Below, piece by piece: positions 57,796-64,000 of a DNA stretch of 64,000 bases; position 1 is the stretch's first letter, and every line of letters begins with the position of its first letter. The notes beneath the pieces are model-generated. The model was given only the letters and a program-made list of their open reading frames with translations. It did not search any database and was not told the origin of the DNA. Origin of the DNA: a virus (Duplodnaviria; Caudoviricetes); the IMG/VR virus record IMGVR_UViG_2788500220_000013, positions 44,872 to 108,871 of that record; one strand, written 5' to 3'. A program made the translations under genes and the position numbers.

Positions 57796-58644
57796 CTATG
57801 GGCAATGTTTTGTATCTAAAAACTCACAATATTTACATGAGTCACGATTTTTAAAAAATAAACCCCTCCGAACAGAGCTTATCATATTTGCAACTAACTT
57901 ATCAGCCTTCGCGGCGGCCTTTGGGCCAACTGATACTTTGACAAGTTCGCATGTTTGGCCAGGTGGTGCATCTCTCTTTAAGAGAACAAACCCACAGTGA
58001 ATATCCTTTGGGTTAACATTATATTTTCTAACCCAATAATTCTTATATAAAGCTAATTGACTAGTTACTAATACATCACGTTTCTTGTTGGCATGCCAGC
58101 CCCATTTAGGTGCAGTTTTCCAATCAATGATCCAGCCCCTCCATCCACCTCGTGGGGTGGGGGTTTTAATAATCCCATCAATGAATCCCTTAAACTTTAA
58201 GTCATCATTAGGAATCGCTTCATAAAGCTCTTGCTCTGCAGCAACATATTCCCAACCTGGAAAAGCTTTGTCCATAAAAGCTGGCAGATCTGAAATGGCA
58301 TTGGTCGCCCATTCGACCCATGAATCCACATAGTTATGAGGCCAAGGCTTATTCCCTTTTGCCTCAGCTATTAACTTCTGCTTATTAATATATTCATCTG
58401 AATCATAGCCACGTTTTTCCCATGCTTGACGAATCGATGCTGCCATCTTCTCAAGATCTAGTTCACGGGTCTTTAAAAAATGCTCACACGCTTCATGAAC
58501 TATGGTGCCATAATCGAGAAATGGTGATACTTCAAATGTATCAATTTTGTCAATCTGCTGGAGTTTATGACGCCAAGAACATTCTTTCCAGGTCCGGACC
58601 TCAGAGTATGATATATGAGGCTTATTTGTGGGAAAATTAGTCAT
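57796..58644 (-). CDS. PD-(D/E)XK nuclease, Cas4/AddB-like with a 4-Cys motif
   Basis: 'ISYS....WKEC', 'GTIVH', 'GFIDGI', 'IIDWKT', 'QLALY', 'CKYCEF....CP'. Confidence 0.88.
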   Translation of the reverse strand: MTNFPTNKPHISYSEVRTWKECSWRHKLQQIDKIDTFEVSPFLDYGTIVHEACEHFLKTRELDLEKMAASIRQAWEKRGYDSDEYINKQKLIAEAKGNKPWPHNYVDSWVEWATNAISDLPAFMDKAFPGWEYVAAEQELYEAIPNDDLKFKGFIDGIIKTPTPRGGWRGWIIDWKTAPKWGWHANKKRDVLVTSQLALYKNYWVRKYNVNPKDIHCGFVLLKRDAPPGQTCELVKVSVGPKAAAKADKLVANMISSVRRGLFFKNRDSCKYCEFLDTKHCP

Positions 58645-58649
58645 AGTTT

Positions 58650-58677
58650 ATTATACAAACCTCTACATGATTGTTCA
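58650..58677 (-). promoter_or_regulatory. Putative promoter TGAACA-N16-TATAAT (leaderless transcript)
   Basis: Perfect -10 ending 5 nt before the ATG; no SD present. Confidence 0.65.
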
Positions 58678-59667
58678 GCGATTAGTTACTAAAGTTTGTT
58701 CATCCTGAGCTATTTTAAAATCAGCCCTATACATCATCTTTGCCAACGTATCTAAATCAACTGTTGGAGACCACCCTAATTTTTCTTTAGCTTTAGAAGG
58801 GTCACCTAATAATATAGGCACTTCATGAGGACGAAGAAATCTAGAATCGAACTCAACATGATCATCAATATCCAAACCTGCATAATCAAAAACTAGCTCT
58901 AAAAACTCGCGTACCGTTTTAGTTTGTCCGGTTGCAATAACATAATCATCAGGTTCATCTTGCTGTAGCATCAACCACATGGCCTTTACGTAATCACCGG
59001 CATATCCCCAGTCCCGCTTGGCATCTAGGTTTCCAAGATATAACTTGTCTTGGAGACCTAACTTAATTCTTGCAGCTGCCCTTGTAATTTTTCTAGTTAC
59101 AAAAGTCTCGCCGCGGCGGGGCGACTCGTGGTTAAACAGGATTCCTGAAGATGCATGCATATTATAACTTATTCTATAATTCCTTATAAGGTTATGTGCA
59201 AACAGCTTTGCACATGCATAAGGAGATGCAGGAGTCATTCTTGTTTCCTCATTCTGTGGTACCATTGGGTTATCCCCATACATTTCAGAAGAGGACGCCT
59301 GATAGAACCTGGCATCTGGACATAGCAGCCTTGTGGCCTCTAATAGACGTAATGTTCCGAGTGCTATGCTATCGACAGTTTCTTCCGGTACATCAAATGA
59401 AACCCGGACATGTGATTGTGCTGCAATATTATAAATCTCATCCGGACGGTACTTATCAATGATGCTATATATTGATGTTGCATCATGTAAGTTCCCATAC
59501 ACCATGGTAAAATTTTTATTATTATAAATGTGATCTACTCGATCAGTTGTAATAAGGGATGTGCGGCGCTTTATGCCGACAACATCATAGCCTTTACCCA
59601 ATAAAAACTCGGCCAGATATGAACCATCTTGTCCGGTTATCCCGGTAATAAGGGCTGTCTTGGGCAT
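58675..59667 (-). CDS. gmd: GDP-mannose 4,6-dehydratase
   Basis: '[16 protein letters not shown]', '[10 protein letters not shown]', '[10 protein letters not shown]', 'SPYACAK', '[20 protein letters not shown]', 'KRDWGYA'. Confidence 0.97.
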   Translation of the reverse strand: MPKTALITGITGQDGSYLAEFLLGKGYDVVGIKRRTSLITTDRVDHIYNNKNFTMVYGNLHDATSIYSIIDKYRPDEIYNIAAQSHVRVSFDVPEETVDSIALGTLRLLEATRLLCPDARFYQASSSEMYGDNPMVPQNEETRMTPASPYACAKLFAHNLIRNYRISYNMHASSGILFNHESPRRGETFVTRKITRAAARIKLGLQDKLYLGNLDAKRDWGYAGDYVKAMWLMLQQDEPDDYVIATGQTKTVREFLELVFDYAGLDIDDHVEFDSRFLRPHEVPILLGDPSKAKEKLGWSPTVDLDTLAKMMYRADFKIAQDEQTLVTNR

Positions 59668-60659
59668 TACTTTTTCCAGAAACTATATAGGTTTTTCTCA
59701 ATTTCATAATCAAAATATGCTACTTCATGTGCAGGTTGAGCCTCTGCCCAGGTAAACATTTCCTTAATTGTCTCCTCAAGATTTGTATCATCCTGAAAAC
59801 CTAAAAGATTCTTGGCCTTTGTGTGATCTGAGTATGCTGTGTGGACTTCATTTCTTTTTTCTAGATGTACAATTCCTGGTTCATAACCAAAATCCCTAGC
59901 TACCTTAGCTACCAAATTTGCAGCTTCGTTAATAGTCCATTCCTTATCAGCACCGATATTGAACGTTTCGCCACTATATTCTGTCATGAGCCTCTCAAAC
60001 GGTTCCATATAGAACTTAATGTCAGAAAAAGCACGTACCTGAGTTCCGTCACCAAAAATTGTAAGAGGCTCGCCACGCATTGACTGGCGGATCCAGATGC
60101 CGATAACATTACGGTATCTATCCCAAATATTTTGATACGTCCCTACAACGTTATGCGGGCGGACAATTGAATAATCCAGACCAAATTGCTCTTTGGCTAA
60201 TTTAAGATCCATTTCGACAGCATACTTTGCGATGCCATAAGGATCCTCAGGAGTCTGGGGCTGATCCTCTGTGAAGGGGGGATTGCCTTCGCCATATACA
60301 GCCATTGATGATGTAAAGATAACCTTCTGTACCCCAAAATTAATACATGCATTAATAACATTTGCAGAACAGACAACATTATTCATATAATTGTAGCGCC
60401 TAATATATGGGCTAAGCCCTTCAGCGGCATATGCTGCAAAATGATAAACATAATCAGGGTCTGTGCTACGAAATACTCGATCAACATCATCATGATCTTT
60501 AAGATCTACTTCATAAAAATCGACCCTTTCATCTACAGAGCTTTTAAAGCCTCCGGATAAGTCATCAATCCCTACTACATTATACCCATTGTTTAATAGA
60601 TACTTCGAAAAATTGGCCCCTAAAAGACCTGCAACCCCGGTAATCAACACTGTTTTCAT
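59667..60659 (-). CDS. NAD-dependent sugar epimerase/dehydratase (extended SDR)
   Basis: [23 protein letters not shown], '[12 protein letters not shown]'. Confidence 0.92.
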   Translation of the reverse strand: MKTVLITGVAGLLGANFSKYLLNNGYNVVGIDDLSGGFKSSVDERVDFYEVDLKDHDDVDRVFRSTDPDYVYHFAAYAAEGLSPYIRRYNYMNNVVCSANVINACINFGVQKVIFTSSMAVYGEGNPPFTEDQPQTPEDPYGIAKYAVEMDLKLAKEQFGLDYSIVRPHNVVGTYQNIWDRYRNVIGIWIRQSMRGEPLTIFGDGTQVRAFSDIKFYMEPFERLMTEYSGETFNIGADKEWTINEAANLVAKVARDFGYEPGIVHLEKRNEVHTAYSDHTKAKNLLGFQDDTNLEETIKEMFTWAEAQPAHEVAYFDYEIEKNLYSFWKK

Positions 60660-60681
60660 GTTTTGAAACTCCTTTAAAAAT

Positions 60682-60709
60682 ATTATAACATGCTAATATG
60701 AACTGTTCA
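60682..60709 (-). promoter_or_regulatory. Putative promoter TGAACA-N16-TATAAT with extended -10 (TGn)
   Basis: Minus strand: TGAACA gttcatattagcaTGt TATAAT, then AAGGAG SD and the epimerase ATG. Confidence 0.65.
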
Positions 60710-61642
60710 ATTAATACCCCTGACATTTGGGTATTTTGTCTTAAACCAATCGCATGTACTTTTCAATGATGTCTTAAAATCGGAATAAGGATACCATCTC
60801 ATTTCCATCAATTTATTATTTGAAGATGGTTTTCGGTATTGGCCAGAAGGCATTGATGTATCCCACACTATATTTCCCTCATACCCGATATTCTCTATAA
60901 TATTATTTGCAACTTCCTTAATACTAATCTCACCAGTATTACCAATATTAATGGGCCCGGTTCCATTATATTTTTCTAATAGAAAAAGAAGCAACCTAGC
61001 AACATCATCTGAATACGTGAATTCTCGGAGAGGTGATCCATCACCCCATAGTGTTACAATTGGCTCTTCGGCATTTTTTGCTTCGTATATTTTCCTAATT
61101 AGCGCTGGAATAACATGGCCATCTGTTAGATGGAAGTTGTCATTCTCACCAAATAGGTTATTTGGTATTGCAGTTATAAAGTTGCAACCATATTGTTGGC
61201 GATAGGCCTGGGACTGGATATCTAACATTCTTTTTGCGTATGCATACCCAAAATTTGACCTATGAGGTGGACCTTTATGAACCTGATCTTCTGTTAATGG
61301 ATATGTCGCAGAATCAGGATAGACGCATGTACTTAAAAGAGAAACAACTTTCCGAACCTTAAAAATATACGCTGCATCTAAGACGTTGGTATTCATTTGG
61401 ATATTTTGTGTATAAAAATCCGCAACATAATCTGTATTCCCTTTTACTCCACCAACCTTTGCAGCTAAATGAATAACATAATCTGGTTTGGTTTCCTCAA
61501 ACAATTTAAATGTTGCTTGGCGATCTGTTAGATCACAATCCTTAGAATCCAAAAAAATAAAGTGATAACTGTATGGGAGCTTAATGTTCTCCCTAAAGGA
61601 ATGACCGACCATTCCTGATGCACCGGTTACTAATACTCTCAT
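60707..61642 (-). CDS. fcl: GDP-L-fucose synthase
   Basis: TGASGMVG, HLAAKVGG, STCVYP, YAYAK, 'P.NLFG..DNF...GHVIPALIRK', 'WGDGSPLREF'. Confidence 0.94.
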   Translation of the reverse strand: MRVLVTGASGMVGHSFRENIKLPYSYHFIFLDSKDCDLTDRQATFKLFEETKPDYVIHLAAKVGGVKGNTDYVADFYTQNIQMNTNVLDAAYIFKVRKVVSLLSTCVYPDSATYPLTEDQVHKGPPHRSNFGYAYAKRMLDIQSQAYRQQYGCNFITAIPNNLFGENDNFHLTDGHVIPALIRKIYEAKNAEEPIVTLWGDGSPLREFTYSDDVARLLLFLLEKYNGTGPINIGNTGEISIKEVANNIIENIGYEGNIVWDTSMPSGQYRKPSSNNKLMEMRWYPYSDFKTSLKSTCDWFKTKYPNVRGIN

Positions 61643-61722
61643 ATCGCTAGCTCACTAACATTTATTAGGCCTAGATATTTTTTGGCAAAATATCCCATAT
61701 TTTTCATTGAACTATCATGCAT
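61639..61722 (-). pseudogene. 27-aa mini-ORF, possible remnant of a deleted gene (methyltransferase-like N-terminus)
   Basis: MHDSSMKNMGYFAKKYLGLINVSELAI*; GGAAGG upstream; its TGA overlaps the fcl ATG. Confidence 0.4.
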
Positions 61723-61739
61723 ACCTTATAGGCCTTCCA

Positions 61740-62591
61740 TTACTTTAATTCTTGAAGTGCAGACGACAACTCATCAATATTATTAACACCAATTATTCTT
61801 GAACCGTTAATGTCTTTTAAGTAAGAGTCAGTTTTCCAAACCCCACGCAAGGACATATCACCAGGGACAACACGAGGCGCATTAGGTGGGAGGTATTTAT
61901 CAACAATAATGTTTGTCCCCCCAAAATATGATGCAATGATTGCATTTCCTCCACAAATAGAAATATGTTTTTCAGAAAGTGAGTGGGCCATTAATTGCAT
62001 GGTATTAAAGTCAACATTCCAAAGCTTCATTAAATCGTTTCCAGTATAAATGTTATCATATTTTTTGACCAGGTCATAATCATTAAATTGAATATTGCCT
62101 TGAAGGGGATCCGGAAAATCTAGATTGTTCGTGGGTCTTATATAGACAATATCATGATCTAAAAACTCTTCAAAAATTAATCTTAGTTCGTCTATCTCTA
62201 TCCTATTTCTAGGTGGGCCGTTCCACTCGCTACAACTTTTATTATTTACTACTAATAATTTGCTGCTTAAACCTGGTGTTGATTCCAGTAGGCCCCCAAA
62301 CTTTTCTTTAAAGGGTGGGTATATAAACTTAGAAATATCTAAATTATGTCTATATAAGTCTACATAATTATCACCCATATATATGCTGTGTTTTCTAGCT
62401 AATGACTCTTTATGAGAAGGCGAAAAATAATAAAATGGACTAGTAGCGCCACAACTTTCTGTCATTTTTAATTTGCCTTCTTTTAACAACATATATGCAG
62501 TTGGAATTGCAAATACTAACTCCCAAGAAAACTCTCCGTTAAAAGAAAATACACCGTCCTTAAAGGGGGCTGCTTTAATTCCTAATCCCAT
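61740..62591 (-). CDS. Hypothetical protein, probable GT-B-type glycosyltransferase
   Basis: N-terminal 'GEFSWEL', C-terminal 'HISICGGNAIIASYFG'; located in the sugar cluster. Confidence 0.5.
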   Translation of the reverse strand: MGLGIKAAPFKDGVFSFNGEFSWELVFAIPTAYMLLKEGKLKMTESCGATSPFYYFSPSHKESLARKHSIYMGDNYVDLYRHNLDISKFIYPPFKEKFGGLLESTPGLSSKLLVVNNKSCSEWNGPPRNRIEIDELRLIFEEFLDHDIVYIRPTNNLDFPDPLQGNIQFNDYDLVKKYDNIYTGNDLMKLWNVDFNTMQLMAHSLSEKHISICGGNAIIASYFGGTNIIVDKYLPPNAPRVVPGDMSLRGVWKTDSYLKDINGSRIIGVNNIDELSSALQELK

Positions 62592-62600
62592 ACTAAGCTC

Positions 62601-63350
62601 CTAATCTCTGAAGTGGTTATTAATCATGCTCTTATAAAGAGGGCAATTAATATTCCAGGGTTTTGCATCATACCAATAATGGTTTATGTGAACTGGGTGT
62701 TCAACATTTAAGCCTCTACAAAATGGTACCCCTTCTTCCCACTTTGTATGTGCAGCCCAACTATTCCAACCAAACCCAATATCTTTATGTGTATAATCAT
62801 ATCCGATACCCTTAAAATAACTGTTGATTAGTGACTGATCTGTACCTGGATACACAAAACCTCTATCTCTATGAAGTATACTCTTGAAATTTTCCCACCT
62901 AAAAAGTTTAATATCAGAAACAGCCATAACACCAGAATTTAGCACCGGTTCCTTTAAGTGATCAGTATGGCCAGGTATTAGTTGATGATTCACTGCAATA
63001 AACCCCTGGTCACCCGATGCTTTAATCAGGGCCGATCCTGGGGAAACTATAAATGCATCTGCATCAATGAAGATAAATTTCTCAGATAACTTACACAGGT
63101 TAAAAAGCTTGAAGCATACATTATGGGTTGCCTTTTGATTTTGGCCGAAATTAATTTCATCAGTTGGGCTACAGATCATAACATTTATATTATTTTCATT
63201 TGCATAATCCTGCACACTGGGTGGGAGGCCTTTTGTCAATATTGCTATCTCACTATCTGGAAAATGTAAGAGAGCATACTTTATCCATCCCTTACACATC
63301 AGATTATATTCCTTCTCATCAGAATAATTCATTACAGTAGTTACTAACAT
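62601..63350 (-). CDS. Glycosyltransferase family 8-like (GT-A)
   Basis: 'KLFNL', 'FIDADAF', 'LNSGVM', 'TDQSLIN', 'HINHY...KPW'. Confidence 0.82.
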   Translation of the reverse strand: MLVTTVMNYSDEKEYNLMCKGWIKYALLHFPDSEIAILTKGLPPSVQDYANENNINVMICSPTDEINFGQNQKATHNVCFKLFNLCKLSEKFIFIDADAFIVSPGSALIKASGDQGFIAVNHQLIPGHTDHLKEPVLNSGVMAVSDIKLFRWENFKSILHRDRGFVYPGTDQSLINSYFKGIGYDYTHKDIGFGWNSWAAHTKWEEGVPFCRGLNVEHPVHINHYWYDAKPWNINCPLYKSMINNHFRD

Positions 63351-64000
63351 TTACTTTCTTCGCTTCTTTCTATTCTTTCGAGTTGACTTTCTAGACTTAC
63401 TCTTATTCTTTGGGGGCACCGGCTTGGGTTGTGCCTGTTGACGTTCCTTGTCTGCTATCAATAATTGTGGCACATCAAAGTCAATTTCTTTTCGAGATAA
63501 AAATAATGCCTCATCGGCTTTTACTTCTGCAGGATTATTATTTCTATCAAATGTTGCATCATGTTCTTGCTTTATTATATCAGGGTGCATATGCCTGATA
63601 ATCACATGATCAAAAAATCTTTGTTTTCCCAACAAATGGGCAACTATAGTAAACTCATTGTCACAAAACCATGTAGCATACTCTGGATTGTAGATATAAC
63701 CAAACCTATCATAGTATTTTTTCCCTAAAATACAAAGAGTATTCAAGTCTTTCCTAAATCCGTCGAAAAACCAAAGTACACCGTCGGTATCTGAAAAGTT
63801 TTTATACATTGCTTCCTTTATAAGGAGATCATATCCTGGGATTTCAGGGACCATATCATCGGATGCCAGCAATAATATATCAAACTTCTTATTTCTTAAA
63901 TCTGCGTTTATTGCCTCAACTTTGTTCTTGTTATTCGAATAGCTGGCCGTTAGGTTCTTAAAATTTTTAAAATGACTTCTTACTATATCATTATTCATTG
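63351..64000 (-). CDS. GT2-like glycosyltransferase (5' end beyond the window) with a basic C-terminal tail
   Basis: 'KVEAIN', 'LLLASDDM', 'YDRFG..Y..Y..WFCDNEF', 'IRHMHP'. Confidence 0.75.
   Translation of the reverse strand, partial: MNNDIVRSHFKNFKNLTASYSNNKNKVEAINADLRNKKFDILLLASDDMVPEIPGYDLLIKEAMYKNFSDTDGVLWFFDGFRKDLNTLCILGKKYYDRFGYIYNPEYATWFCDNEFTIVAHLLGKQRFFDHVIIRHMHPDIIKQEHDATFDRNNNPAEVKADEALFLSRKEIDFDVPQLLIADKERQQAQPKPVPPKNKSKSRKSTRKNRKKRRK

Noticed and set aside
57796-58644. CRISPR-Cas system
   Set aside because: No repeat-spacer array or other cas genes are present in the window.
1-64000. Stop-codon reassignment, as seen in some jumbo phages
   Set aside because: Core genes are full length in code 11, and TAA, TAG and TGA all end genes at tight junctions.
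54424-64000. Bacterial O-antigen/capsule locus or NCLDV origin
   Set aside because: The cluster is contiguous and overlapping with T4-like phage genes, has no flippase, polymerase or export genes, and uses SD-type signals.

Overview
This window is a 64-kb segment of a large, T4-superfamily-like myovirus (probably a jumbo phage). It is AT-rich and uses the standard bacterial code with SD-type ribosome sites. About 45 genes are densely packed on the minus strand, many with overlapping stop/start codons. In transcription order (right to left): (1) a sugar cluster (GT2, GT8, Fcl, epimerase, Gmd, an embedded Cas4-like nuclease, a short UDP-Glc/GDP-Man dehydrogenase, two GT4s); (2) a gp55-like late sigma factor and a candidate small terminase; (3) a baseplate/tail block (gp5-like spike, a triplicated tip-like protein, gp25, gp6, LamG/FN3 virion proteins up to 2361 aa) with a GT2-TPR glycosyltransferase inside it; (4) RuvC-like resolvase, small primase and a single-chain Mre11-Rad50 (gp47-gp46) fusion; (5) a head block (TerL, portal, prohead protease, small head proteins, scaffold, major capsid, gp13 neck). 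No tRNA, CRISPR array or mobile element was seen. The main candidate for an undescribed system is phage-encoded virion glycosylation: nucleotide-sugar synthesis plus several transferases, together with a strong excess of an [ST]-G-S tripeptide in outer virion proteins that may be the acceptor sequon. Other highlights are two promoter classes (TGAACA-N16-TATAAT and ATANTTA), a tail-collar domain apparently split across genes, a single-chain pseudo-trimeric spike-tip candidate and a non-canonical Rad50 zinc hook. All family calls are by-eye motif recognition; no searches were run.
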